DNA of 64,000 nucleotides from Epithemia pelagica (taxonomy: Eukaryota > Protista > Bacillariophyta), in contig OX337233.1 in assembly GCA_946965045.2 (NCBI GenBank), positions 248,001-312,000 on the forward strand, given 5' to 3'. Below the pieces are notes generated by a model. That model worked only from the letters and a program-made list of their open reading frames with translations, was not told the origin of the DNA and ran no database searches. The translations under genes and the position numbers were made by a program. Positions 1 to 11,735 of this stretch are shown here, piece by piece (positions within the stretch are counted from its first letter, which is position 1; each line of letters begins with the position of its first letter).

Positions 1-99
1 GTTGTTTGTTGAATGCTCCTCAGTCTGTCTGGTTGTTGGTTCCTTACGCATACCGAGTCGATGAGAAGTAACGACATTGCCCACAGGCCGTGGATCTTA

Positions 100-450
100 T
101 CGACACGTTCAAAGTCGTGCAAGGCACACTGTCGCAATGCCCCCAACGGATTCAGGGTGCCGGTTGTCGTGGTTTTGGGTGTTTTCTGGTCGACCCGCTG
201 TAAGGGCCGCATCGACGTTGAATGGATTCCTCGTTGCCGTCTGGGTTTTCTTGCTGTGGAGGTACAAGGACTCAAAGGGTGTTTTCCACACCAACGTGGT
301 GGCATAGCCCTGGAACTCGACCTCATTGTTGTCTGTCACAGGTTCCAATTCGGCGTCATCCTACAAGACTTGATTGATGTGACGATGCAATTGTCGGGCC
401 AGACCGGCCAGCGTGTCGTTCGAAAAGGCCGATCGGTCGGCAAATCGATC
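100..450 (-). pseudogene. Duplicated 5' fragment of the DUF2358/SOUL-like gene at 11736-13380
   Basis: Translates as ..FSNDTLAGLARQLHRHINQVL*DDAELEPVTDNNEVEFQGYATTLVWKTPFESLYL.., homologous to 12780-13100 (LAFSDDTVARVARQLQ/HINQILYDDAEVEPVTDNKDEVELQGYDTKFVWKTPFETLYL). It has an in-frame stop and lacks the downstream SOUL part. Confidence 0.65.
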
Positions 451-1151
451 CCAGGATGCTGTCGTTGTTGTAAAGCGTCGACCGTGTGCAGCGTGCAGGT
501 GCAGCGGTCGACCGTGTGTTGTTGTTATTAGTTCTCCACGCTGTAAAATGCCTAGCGGTTTGAATACCTTTTACTCTGCAAAAGATTGTAGGTACAGGAC
601 CTCGATATCTAGTGATTGAGTAGTTAGATGACCAAAAGCACGACACATATGCGACCCGACTCCTCACCCCCGCTGGGGACTACTCCGTCGCATCGACCAC
701 GATGACGGCGAAGATGAGGACGGCGACGACTTGACCTTATCAATCAATTTCACCAACATGTCTCTTCAAGAAGCGATGATTGAGGACAACAACCATGAAG
801 TGGCCTTCTTCAATCCGTGACAATTGAATTGCGAGGCCCAGGATCAGTCCCAACATTGGGAAACAATGGCGGTTGCCAACATAGATCGAGGAGCGCAGGA
901 GAGTTTGCATGGACCCTCAAGTTCGAATCGCTCCAATCTACGGACAGCAAATCTTCGCAAAAAGATGCGACAACTCTCGATGGATCGTCATTCTTGCCAA
1001 ATGACACCCAATGGTGGCTGCTCCGTGGCACTGCGATTACCTTGGTGGTCTATGTGGCCTTTTACTCGGCTCGATCAAATGTTTGAAGCTATGTGGGCAT
1101 TGTCGAGGATTTCATGTACAAGGGTCATTGGTGCAATCGTCATTTGAATCG

Positions 1152-2269
1152 ACACGGTTACGTCATGCATCCGACACGGGAGAATCAACAGGTGAAGAAT
1201 CGATTATGGGAAAGGGTCCCATCGCCCTTCCACATCGACCAGACGAAGATTCGCAACACCAAGAACCAGAATCCAACGAAGAAGAACAAGAACAAGTTCT
1301 ATTAGACGACAGCCAAGACATGATCGGCGCCATTCGTGGTCGTGGTTTTGTTGTTGATACTGCTGAGTTCGGTACGATGCTTAAATGCGGTAGTGATCGA
1401 AGTCCAACACTGCTGCTCGACAGTGTTATAATCTTGCAACAAGGTTTGGCGGAACTGTCATTGAGGGGCAAGACATCGCGATGGGGAGCAGCTTGTTTCC
1501 AGGCATTAGCATTCGAACGAGCAATAGTGCGACAGGGAATAGCGGTGGTGGAGGTTTCCTGATTCGTTGTCGTTGTCGTCGCCGCCGTCAATGCTCCGAC
1601 TTCCAAGATGGAATTGAACACAGCCGGTTCCACGGCAATGGTGCCGTCAGCAGTTTCGTCCAATTGAGGTACTTCTTCATTTGTGGCTGCGTTCGTAGTT
1701 CGGAAGGTTGTGGTGTGGCAACGACGAGACTCGATTCCGTGTTGCCGTTCGGTCCATTGCGAGCAAATTACCGACCTCATGATATAGAATAGTTGCTGTA
1801 TTGGAGGAAATATCGAACACGTCGGTGCGAAAAATTCCAAAGGATTCGCAATTGTCCTGTCACCCAAAACCGCCACGAGCATCGAAAGACGGGGTACTGC
1901 CCTCTTACGCAGGCATTAGCCATAGAAGGACAATCCCCACACAATTAAACGCATGGTCGGAACGAAGATGACCGTCCAAATAAGTCGCTGCGCCATGTTG
2001 TTTCGGGCACGTAGCCATATAATCTTCCACAGCATGATAACTCGACCCATTCAACAGCAGAGAGGCATGGTACCATGAACATCTACCCGAGGCCTGGCTC
2101 CACTCCTGTTTGCGGTTTCATGCCGGATGGTGTAACTTTCATTTTCTACTAGTACAACGGTGTACATGATATCTCTATAGTTTGCAATGCCATGAAGAAA
2201 ACAATACAACTACTGTTTGAGAGTAAAATGATAATGCTATATAGTTCCGCTAATGTTAGGACATACATG
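1152..2269. repeat. Segmental duplicate of 62847-63999 (spacer immediately 3' of a Kelch gene)
   Basis: Near-identical by eye along its length; ORF 1163..1882 matches ORF 62997..63611. Confidence 0.9.
1163..1882 (-). pseudogene. Degenerate ORF relic of a repeated spacer module (related copies at about 15400-15900, 23900-24400, 37650-38340, 62997-63611)
   Basis: Shared peptides such as AWKQAAPHRDVLPLN and TTTTNAADHVLA recur in several copies, with copy-specific frameshifts. No recognisable domain. Confidence 0.35.
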
Positions 2270-2285
2270 CAGTACGTTGCAAATT

Positions 2286-3515
2286 TCAAGTTCCATCCTT
2301 CCCTTCATCACCACGGTGCGTGTGGGGCCTTGCTCGTTTACGATCTGATGTCCAGGTGGGGAAAGGCGAGTTATCAGCATGTTGGATATTCCTTCCTTCC
2401 CGAAATAGACACCATATGTTGAACTGCTGGTCAAAGAGTCGTTGAAAACACCACGTATGCTTGTCCAGTAGTGGTAATGTCGCACAGGTAGGACTTCCCC
2501 AGCCACTTATCACGGCAACTTGATTGGCAACAGTCACCGTACTGCAGTCATTGTAGTCATTTCCGAATGGTGGGAGATTCCAACCGCGGTTGTGGTGCGT
2601 ATCCAAGACTTCCACCGTTGAATTGCTCCATCCTCCAGCCACCACCAGACAAGATCCAACGGCAACCATTGCACAAGAACTTTGTGCATTGGAAAGCCTC
2701 AACTCCGACTGAGTGATCCAAGCGGACGAGAAAGATATGAACGTCGAGCCTATCTCCTTTTTTGTCGCATCATTGTCACAGGGTGTTGCATTGTCCAAAT
2801 ACTCCACCGAGTCAAGATGGCCATTATCGTTATGACCTCCAACGACAAAGATGCGGTGACCAATGACCGCACTGGCAAACCATTGTCGTGGAACAATCAT
2901 GCTTGGTCCAGCAATGACAGTGTGGCTGTTTGTATCTATAATATCCACCGACGACAAATAACGATCGCTGTATCCACCCATTACAACGATGTATCGGTTG
3001 TGAACCGCGACAGCACAACACCCATGTCGTCCAGATGATAACCGACATGTCAATGTCGTCCAATTACTCGCATGTGTGATGATGTTTGTTGTTAAAGGTG
3101 ATAGCAGCAAATCATTTTCGTCAATTCGTTCGATACAATCAAGTACTGAGCTTCCATTGTAGCCTCCCATGACGTAGACGCCACCGTTGCACACAACAGT
3201 GGCATGTCCAGAACGTTTCTGGTTCATGCGTGGCCCTTCTCGCCACTGCTTGGTTGATTCTGCCAAGTTTAATACAAGAATGGAATCGAGCGCGCCTTGA
3301 ACTGTCTGGTATCCACCCAACACGACGACGGTTTGTCTCTTGTTGTTGTTGTTGTTGTCGTTGCCGTCCGTATCGGGGTGATCAAGTACGACCGAAGTAT
3401 GACCTGCACGCCATCCACCCACAAGTGGAGGCCAGTCATTTTGATTCCACTCTGCTGTCTCGTCCGATAAGACAAGGCCCGACTGCCATGCTTGTTCTTT
3501 CAGTAACGTTGTCAT
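2286..3515 (-). CDS. Kelch-repeat beta-propeller protein, copy K1 (about 409 aa from MTTLLKEQAW)
   Basis: Six Kelch-type repeats with R-x-x-H/C-x-x-V...GG...S-V...W (e.g. RSGHATVVCNGGVYVMGGYNG, RQWFASAVIGHRIFVVGGHN). The start was set at the ATG conserved in all paralogs. Confidence 0.95.
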   Translation of the reverse strand: MTTLLKEQAWQSGLVLSDETAEWNQNDWPPLVGGWRAGHTSVVLDHPDTDGNDNNNNNKRQTVVVLGGYQTVQGALDSILVLNLAESTKQWREGPRMNQKRSGHATVVCNGGVYVMGGYNGSSVLDCIERIDENDLLLSPLTTNIITHASNWTTLTCRLSSGRHGCCAVAVHNRYIVVMGGYSDRYLSSVDIIDTNSHTVIAGPSMIVPRQWFASAVIGHRIFVVGGHNDNGHLDSVEYLDNATPCDNDATKKEIGSTFISFSSAWITQSELRLSNAQSSCAMVAVGSCLVVAGGWSNSTVEVLDTHHNRGWNLPPFGNDYNDCSTVTVANQVAVISGWGSPTCATLPLLDKHTWCFQRLFDQQFNIWCLFREGRNIQHADNSPFPTWTSDRKRARPHTHRGDEGKDGT

Positions 3516-6146
3516 GGTACAGCGCTTTACTAATACGTTGACAAGAAATGGCAGCACGAGAGAAAGTATTTTTGAGAGCAACGCGTGGAAGCGCTTTGCA
3601 TTTTTTGCGTGGAGACCGTAAGGTGTGCCTGTCCTGCGTACGATGGCGAAGGGAAATCAATCGCACATAGATTTCATGACAAGCCCCAAAAAGTATCTTT
3701 TGGTCGACGACGAAAGGGAGAGAGTGACAGCATTTGTGATGAAGAGGTCCTTTTGTATGATGAATAGGTCCACAGATTGACAATCCCTAATTTCCACACA
3801 ATTCTTCCCTTGGTCCTATACAGTCTGTTCACAACGACAACAACTTCAACAGAGAGATGTTGCAAGAGAGTGGTCTTCTTGCCTTCTTGATCCAATGATT
3901 CGAATGGGCATCACTCATCGGGTATAGTGAAGGAAGCAAGGTCCCAAGTACGACTAGACAGAGACGACAATCTGACGACCTGATTGACCAGAAGGAACAT
4001 GCCATTCATCCCATTGTGACTCGCTTCCCGTGTTGCATTAGCTCGCACCAGACGCCTGCATTCGGCTTTCGAGAATGTCACGTGGATGTGGTTGGACCGC
4101 AAAGGTTGGTCTCCTATGTCAGTATTGATACCGACTCCATCAATCATGGTCTTTTTGGGAGAGCCAAATCCGTCTCGTGCCGTCTGCGCCGGTTGTCAGC
4201 AATGCTCGCGCATGCGGTTCAATGATTGTGCAGACGGCCGCATATCGCACTGGCTCAATGGCCTCCGTTCGCGAGGGTGGGAGTCAGGACCTGTGCTACA
4301 TTTACCAATGGGTGAACTTGTCGTCTCGATTGAAAACCACAAGAGTTCAAGGAACAAAAGGTAGACCAGCGGAGTCGTCGTTTGGATCCACCTGGGGTCG
4401 AGAACGTACAAGAGTTTTATGTGTCAGAGGTTCCGGCAAAAGGACCTACAGCCAAAATAGAGCCAAACTTGATGAGGATTTCACGACAAATAAGAGAAGC
4501 CAGACTTGACAATCAATCAACATTCCTGTCCTACTCGTGGCAAGGTTTTGTTCGGGGAGTTTGTCATATAGCCCCTCTTGTGCTTGTTGTCGCTTCTTGC
4601 TGATTCTGCCGATTAGCTCGAGGTACAAAGATTGTCGTGGTGGAGTGGTGTAACCAATAACAAAACCAAAGTATAGAAGCAGAAACCATCCATGCTCGAT
4701 TTCCACCACGAAGAACCATCAGAAGTGGACAACAGTGACAACAAGAATCGCCTTGATCCATCCAAACAACACCAACTATACGAATCGTCTATCTCTTTCA
4801 TCAAGGATGACGACAAGAAGTGAAAAATCACAATCCCTGATCCACCAACAGCAGCCAAACACCAACAACAAGAACAATCGTCTCTTGCACAACAGGTCGA
4901 TCGATTCATCACCATCTCAATTGGTGGATCACATGACGACTTCGAAAGCAGTTGCCTTTTGTTGGAACAAGGTCCACCAGAAGCACAGTCTTGGGAATCG
5001 GAGCACCACCAATATTTGTACCCCGTCGACGGATTGGTTGCTCCACAACGAGACATTGACATCAAGAAAGAGGAATCGACGACGACCCACGATAAACCTG
5101 TCCTGCCTGCAGCACGGGAAGTATACTTTGCACTTTTGCCATTGCAACGGAAACAAAACGAAGGCAAACTGTGTTGGCTGCTGTCGGATCCAGCCGTTGC
5201 TACCAGTCCATGGCCCCACCGACTGTCCCACAACTATACGATCATGGTCGAAACGTCGCTTGTTCCTTATATGCCATCATTTGAAGAGACACAATTCAGT
5301 TTGCTCTTTTTTGTCTAAAAGATGCAACGAGGCCATGAAAGACCGCCATCTTCCGTTGAAAGATGATTCCTTCTGATCAAAGCCAGAGAGTTTTCAACAG
5401 CACAGAGAGGGAACGGTACCATGGCTATCTACCCAAGAGTGGTTACCAAACATTGGCAGGTTTGCAGAGGACGGCAGTGTCATGGCGGACGCTGTAACAA
5501 GGTTTCGTCAAAGAGTAGGTAGTGACTGCCCTTCTGCACTCTCTGTCTGTCTTTCGCTACCAGAGAACCCACGACAGAGCGAAGAGTAGGGATTGTACCT
5601 CTCTAGCTAGAGAGAGAAGCGGTCGATCCCATTTCTGTATGCTTTGGTCGATCGGGATCTTGCTCGAGTGCCCACCTACCTCTATCGATCAAGGCTATAT
5701 CCTTGGATATACCCGTGAGCCTCCAACCAAACATTCTTCTTTGGAAAGCGGAGCGCTTGAGTCGTACGCTGGATTCTGCTCGAAAGGATCCCATCCTACG
5801 GTGTTGTGCAGGCCTAAGAAACGACACAAAAAACTAGGTAGGACTATAAGCAATAAGAGACAGCCAAACTGATGTTTTGAGCAAGATAGACGCAGTGGAA
5901 CGTTGGTCGGTCCAAACGAAGGACGGCTGGTGTTCTTGGGTGACATTTCCGCTTCCTATTCTGCAAAATGACGTCAGTGCCAAAGAGGAAGTATGTCAAG
6001 ACTGATCACACTTTCCTTTTGAATAAATCCGTTGCCTAGTGGTGTTGTTCATACCATTCCAATTTGTGGTTCTGTGAAGCAAAAGTGAGTTGAACCATCC
6101 TGTTCCAATGGGGTGTTTCCTCCGCTTGATTATTCTTTCTATCAAT

Positions 6147-7559
6147 TTACTGCTCCAAATCTTGTACTTGCGCACAGACCATGTCACGAATCCGTTGTTT
6201 CAAGAAGGAATTACGACCCACGCCATCCTGGAGTGAAAAATAACGATCGATAGTGTCATTACCATGCGCCAAAATGGGTTCCTTCATCATTTCGTCGTAG
6301 GCCGTTTGGTTCGTTTCCAAGTGCACAATTTGTGCCAGGGCTTGTTGGGGACGACCCGGGTCGTAATAGACAAAGGCTCGAGGATTGAAAATATCAAATA
6401 CTTCTTCGGTACCGTAGTAAATCGGAATGCATCCGGCCCAAAAGGCCAGAACAATCTTTTCCGTAATGTAACCCGGTTGGTATTGGTTTTCCAAAACGAG
6501 ACAAAACCGATAATGACGATAGGATTCGAAATTGCTTCGCCAATTCCCATGCCAGCTTTTGGGTTTCCAGGGTGACATGGGGGGCTTCATGACACCCCCA
6601 CACTTGGCTCCCTTGTGAAGGGCCTTGGATCGATTTTTGTGGGCTTCCCGTGGTATCTTGGAAACGACCTTCGCAATGGCACGGAAGGCCTGTTCGCGAA
6701 ATCGGACACAATTGCTCGCCGTGTACAGCAAAAAGGCTTCTTCCGTGTTGCGTGGCTTTTGCAAGGGATCGAACAACCATTGCTGCATTTCGTGAGGGGC
6801 TTCGGCCACAATCTGACTGGCATAAAAGACTCGGACACTATAATTGGAGTCGGATGCGTAGCCCACATGAAAATTACGTCGCGGGGGAGCTATCACCACT
6901 GGCACGGAACTGTTGGACTCATTGGTTGCATGTTGTGGTGATAGTTGCTGTTGTTGTTGCTGATGTGGGAGTGACGATTGGTAGGAGGCAAAATTTTCCC
7001 AGATATCACCCTGTTTGGCCTCTTCATTGATGTGAAAGATCATACCGGGAAAGCGAAGCTGCAGGACTTGCAGTAGACGTGGTTGTCTGGGAAATCCTGG
7101 ACAGTGTCCACAGGATCCAAAGACAAGTACATCGTGTTGCGTGGCATGGCGAATCGATTGTTTCGTCAAGCGCTTTTTGGGGATGGAGGCAAATTCCGGG
7201 TACACGAGTGAGAGAAGGGCGTGTCGGTCGTGACCACAATGATAAATTTTAGACGGAAGCACGACTGGCCACGGTGTGGCTTGACAAATGGGTGTAAGGT
7301 TAACAGCAGCAGCGTCCTTGGTAAGCGGAAGCATGAAATTGTCTCCTTCGACTTGTTGTTGTTTGTAGCCAAACTGATTCAGCTCGACGTTGGACCAGAG
7401 AGGAACAAGGTTGGCCACATTGGCCACCCAAAACGTCGACACGCAACTGAACAGAATCCCCTTTCGTAACAGAAAATGATTCCTTGTCTTTCTTACATGG
7501 CTTTTGCTCTTGACTTCAGAAAGTCCAGTGGCGTTCTTCTTTTGTGGAGGGACACTCAT
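6147..7559 (-). CDS. Glycosyltransferase family 10 (alpha-1,3/4-fucosyltransferase-like), probable type II membrane protein, 470 aa
   Basis: Has the GT10 alpha-1,3 motif YRFCLVLENQYQPGYITEKIVLAFWAGCIPIYYG, the upstream LYTASNCVRFREQAF motif, and an N-terminal basic stretch followed by a hydrophobic segment (GILFSCVSTFWVANVANLVPLW). Confidence 0.9.
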   Translation of the reverse strand: MSVPPQKKNATGLSEVKSKSHVRKTRNHFLLRKGILFSCVSTFWVANVANLVPLWSNVELNQFGYKQQQVEGDNFMLPLTKDAAAVNLTPICQATPWPVVLPSKIYHCGHDRHALLSLVYPEFASIPKKRLTKQSIRHATQHDVLVFGSCGHCPGFPRQPRLLQVLQLRFPGMIFHINEEAKQGDIWENFASYQSSLPHQQQQQQLSPQHATNESNSSVPVVIAPPRRNFHVGYASDSNYSVRVFYASQIVAEAPHEMQQWLFDPLQKPRNTEEAFLLYTASNCVRFREQAFRAIAKVVSKIPREAHKNRSKALHKGAKCGGVMKPPMSPWKPKSWHGNWRSNFESYRHYRFCLVLENQYQPGYITEKIVLAFWAGCIPIYYGTEEVFDIFNPRAFVYYDPGRPQQALAQIVHLETNQTAYDEMMKEPILAHGNDTIDRYFSLQDGVGRNSFLKQRIRDMVCAQVQDLEQ

Positions 7560-8510
7560 TCTGTTTTGTCACTCTATAAAGGTGGATCAAGTATCGACTG
7601 ACCCAACAGCATCCAAGATTATGATTGATGATCGATTGAAACACAGTGTAATTAGCAACGTAAGGGAGTGCTAATTTGTTGGTCTTGCCTCAACACGTTT
7701 GCGAGGGCTCTGACGAACTATATTCAGGTCCATTGGGCCTTTTCGCTTTCAGTCGCGTTTTGCTCCTTTTTCGGCTAGCACTTAACGGGATCAGGGTGAA
7801 AACGAGCGCGTCGATCGTTCCATGATTTGAGTTTGCCTCCCGATGCACACAGTTTTGGTTCGCGCGACGAGTTGCTGTTGCCATTTTCGAGCCGCGTATG
7901 AGACTCAAGACGACCACCTTGCAACCACTTCTCAACGTTCAATGGCAACAATGACCCGTACTTTGCAAAACCATTCATCCTAAGATGGTCGTGATTACTT
8001 CCATCAAGGTCACCCATGGCCGATACAACAGGGACACAACAAGGTTTGGGATTCACACAAAGAGGTCTACTCTGTATCAACGATAACGATGACATGTTTC
8101 CGGATCCCAAACAACAAAAACCATTGTCATTGTCATGAATGACGGCAGTGACAACCACAACAGAAACTACGACAGGAAATCTTCCACCAGTATCGACCGA
8201 CCACTTTGACGTGTTGTGCCCCTTTTGTCAAAAGACAAGTCGGTTGTACCTTCCCCGCAAAGGATGCAAAGACGGCCTGAATGGGATCCTAGTTCGGTCC
8301 GTTTTTGTTGTGGTAGGACCACCACGGCGGCGACGATTGTCTGACATGAGTGAACCCGGTTCGATGGCTTCCGGTGGACATTTGGACAAGCGTGTCCACA
8401 GGGAGTTCAGATGGCTGGATCTGAGGCACCAAAACCTTTAACGTTGCACCAGGCAACATTTGGAATACAGGTGGCAACGAAAAAGTTTGAAAAACCTCTT
8501 GCTACTACCC

Positions 8511-8600
8511 GAGGCCAATCGTTTTCATTCCACTCTGTTGTGTCTCGTCCATAAAGACAAGGCCTGGCTGCCATGCTTGTTCTTGCAATGCCATGTTCAT
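8511..8600 (-). pseudogene. Isolated 5' fragment of a Kelch-family gene
   Basis: Reads MNMALQEQAWQPGLVFMDET, then frameshifts and stops. Upstream DNA (CATGGCTCCAAACGTTGACTGCGGAATTTATG on +) matches the leader of K6. Confidence 0.8.
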
Positions 8601-8904
8601 GGCTCCAAACGTTGACTGCGGAATTTATGAGGATCGCGAGCGAGTGTTTGCGGCTCTGATGGGTGCGGACCGATGTGTACAGAGAGTGTCTGTCGTACGT
8701 ACGCTATCGACATGACAGCACCACAACCGCATAATATATGTGTCGACAAAAGAGTCACCAACAGCAAGTTTATTTGAACGGCAGTCCACCTGGTTGCGCC
8801 AGTCTGGAGATTACGTCCTTCCCCATGCTTCTCAATGTTCTGTGGTGGCAGTTGAATAGTTCCTAAAGGATCTGTTTCAGCTAACGAAATACATGTCTCC
8901 ACCA

Positions 8905-11234
8905 TCATGAAATCTTTAGAGCATCAAAGAGCTTCTCAACTCGATCCTGATTGTGGGACGGCTTTCGCAATAGGTTCTTCGGCGACTCTTCACATGCCAC
9001 AAAGGCATGCGAAGAATAGATCTCGGTCTGCTCCAAACCATGATACAGGTTTCGAACTGCGTTTGAGACACCAAATTCATCCTTCTCGGGTACGCAAACC
9101 AAACGGAAGACATCGGTGTCCGGAAATGGCTTCAAACTCATGGAACTCAGGTTTTCATCGGAAATAGTGGGAGTTTCTGAGCAGCCCAGCAAAATAATAA
9201 TACACACGGCGGTGGGTTCCGCTTCATCCTTTCGAAGGTCTTTCAGAAACTCCGTCATCGTGGCCGACCAAAGATCAACATCTGATTTCGAAAAATTGGC
9301 CCAATTCTTGACAGTCACAAGCAGAGGATGAAACGTGCAGCGTGCCGGGGAGACCTGTTTTACCCTGATCGATGCCGCAATATCAAAGGCCTTGCAATTC
9401 TTGTAGGCATAGCTGGCAAGACCTGCGAGATAAAGGCGGCTCAAAAATGTTTGCTTGCAGAAAGAGTTTGCTCGAAAATCATTTCGGCAAACTTGGATAA
9501 AAGATATGGTGTTTGAGGTTTCTCCAATTCTCTCTTGGGTTGTAAGGATGGCAGCGTCAGAGTCCATCGCTAGATATTCAGGATGGGCATTTCCCTCCGC
9601 AACTTCCGGGCTGGTGTCGGTTGGTTTTCTGCCGCCCCTTTTCAAGAGTCGAAACCATTCGTCCAACGAAACAGAAAACAGTAAAGCTCAGGGTCCGCCT
9701 CTTTTCGAAGCACATCACCGCAGAAAAGCATGTACAAAGCGGCAAAAATTTCGACCGCGTCGCCCTTATCGGGTAGACACAATTTGGTTGTGAATGCCTT
9801 CTCCGCCTGGTGCGTCCAAAATTGCTTCCCGTGGCCCTGGAGCTCCCCGTCCTTCCACGTTTCGTCCATCAACCGCATGGCCAGGGTCGCGCACAGAGGA
9901 TCCGGCATGAATGTCACTTGTGCCGCAGGAGTAGAGGCATTGGTCTCCTGTTGCCGAAAGCTGACCAAACAGGCGTATCCAGAGCTCACCAGTTCGGTCA
10001 ATGTGTCAAAGGAGTTGACGATTCCCATCTGCACTCGCGTACCCAAAACGCTGTAGCAGGCAGGAAGATCCCTTTCATAGTTTGCTGATGACAACACCAA
10101 ACGCTTTGAAAATTCTGTCAGCTTTTTCTGATTTAGCGTTTTTGTGTTGGAGTAGTAGGCAAACAAAGGTCTTCCGTAGATAACCGCATCCGGAAATTGT
10201 GACTCTTTGGATAATGGTGCGCTGGAGCTGCTCAAAGTTTCTTGCTTCTCCTTTCGCAAACAAGAAATTGTATTCAGCTCAAAAAAAGGCGGATACAACA
10301 TCTTGTTGTCGGCATCACCGGCTTTATAATTCACGTATGTGACCCTTGCTTTTCGTGAAGCACCTTGCCTCGGGGGATCTGGTGGGAAAAAGTTGGAGAG
10401 CTTCGCAGTCGTTCCAGCAAAGACGGCAACCACATGGACGTTGCGCTGTTTCCGCAGCCACCATCGAATGGCTCGAAACACAAGAGAACCCTTCCCTTGA
10501 ATGTCAACTCCTTCCATCAGACCTTGTGCTTCATCGAACAGAAGTACCACTTTGTCACTCAATCCACGAATAATGCTGTCCATTCTTGCAAAGACAGCAT
10601 CCACTATGTCGTCATTGTCGGTGACTTTGACGAGATAGTGGTCAAAAAACTGTTTTTGTTTTTCTTGGCTCAGATGTGCGTCAAGGCAGAGGATGGTTTT
10701 ACAGTGTTGTCCTTCATGTTGGCCATAACGGTCGCGAAACTCTTTGAACAATTTGGTTTTCCCCATTCCACTTGATTGAACGAGTGCAAAGTAGGGCGCC
10801 AGAAATTGCTCATGATCCGATTCATGCCAGGAAAAGAGATTTTCGATTCGTTCCTCAAATGCTTCCAAGTCGAAGGTGTGCGCAAGCGGTGTATCCAAAC
10901 CATCCACAATGCTGGGACCTCGATGATTGGATTTGGGCTCTTCAGGTTCCGGAAACAAGATTTCCAAGGCCTCTTTTGCATGATCCTGCGTAAAATTTCC
11001 ATGAGTCGAAAGTAAACATCCTTCGAGAAAACCGGCCCGAATTTTTTCATCGATTTTCCGGGAATGTATGGCTGACTTGGCTTCTTTCAACTTCGGGACA
11101 ATACTGACGTCCAAATCATTCTCGTTCGCGAATCTTAGCAACGACTGTTCGGTTCCTTCGTCCATCTCCATGTCGCTTGCACTCATCATCGTCGAATTGG
11201 CTTCCAAGCGAGGCTTTTTCGTTGGACCGTTCAT
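8905..11234 (-). CDS. P-loop NTPase fused to a C-terminal PD-(D/E)xK-like nuclease domain (Crinkler-associated NTPase-REase type), split by a 1-nt frameshift near 9678
   Basis: Walker A context APYFALVQSSGMGKTKL, Walker B VVLLFDEAQ and GTTAKLSNF. The second ORF carries AFDIAASIR..PLLVTVKN. Adding one T to a T4 run joins ..PELYC to FSVSLDEWFRLL, giving about 776 aa. Confidence 0.7.
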
Positions 11235-11735
11235 CCTCTGTGTTGTGTGGAAAGCCCTTCCGTACGCAGCGAGAGCGAACGTGTGTGTGTGTTGTGTGTG
11301 TGTGTGCGCGCAGGGTCTGTCAGTCTGTCCAATTTTTACCGACAGCGACTGCCGCGCCCAAAGAAAACCAAGACAAAACAACGAATACAAGGAAGCGGCA
11401 TGGACAAAACCCCCGCAGTCGTCCCATGTTGCCCAAGCTACCAAACTACACGACAGTTCGATTTCTGTGCGATTGGGGTCCTGAGTCCTGAGGCAATGGG
11501 ACGACGACGACGAATCACCTCGCTGTTACGAGAGTACTTGACCGTAGAACTATGGTCACTAGCTATTAGTACCACACACCATTGTCCCGTCTATACCGAT
11601 ATGGTACTAGGCCTGTAGATTCTTTTCTGCGAATACTACTACCTGTGTCAGTACGGCAGGACAAGATGCGAACCTATTATAGCTAGAACGCCTACGAACC
11701 ATCCCCTTTCGGGATGGTATGGAAAAACGGTTTTA

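Noticed and set aside
4690-5990. Plus-strand glycosyltransferase-like gene
   Set aside because: It looks coding in patches and has a relative at ~57200-57950, but has multiple stops and frameshifts and no motif I can name with confidence.
9660-9690. Programmed ribosomal frameshift in the NTPase-nuclease gene
   Set aside because: There is no slippery heptamer or evident downstream structure; a 1-nt deletion or sequencing error in a T run is simpler.
11278-11310. (GT)n tract as a functional element
   Set aside because: It is a short interrupted dinucleotide microsatellite in the leader of the NTPase gene, with nothing further to support a function.
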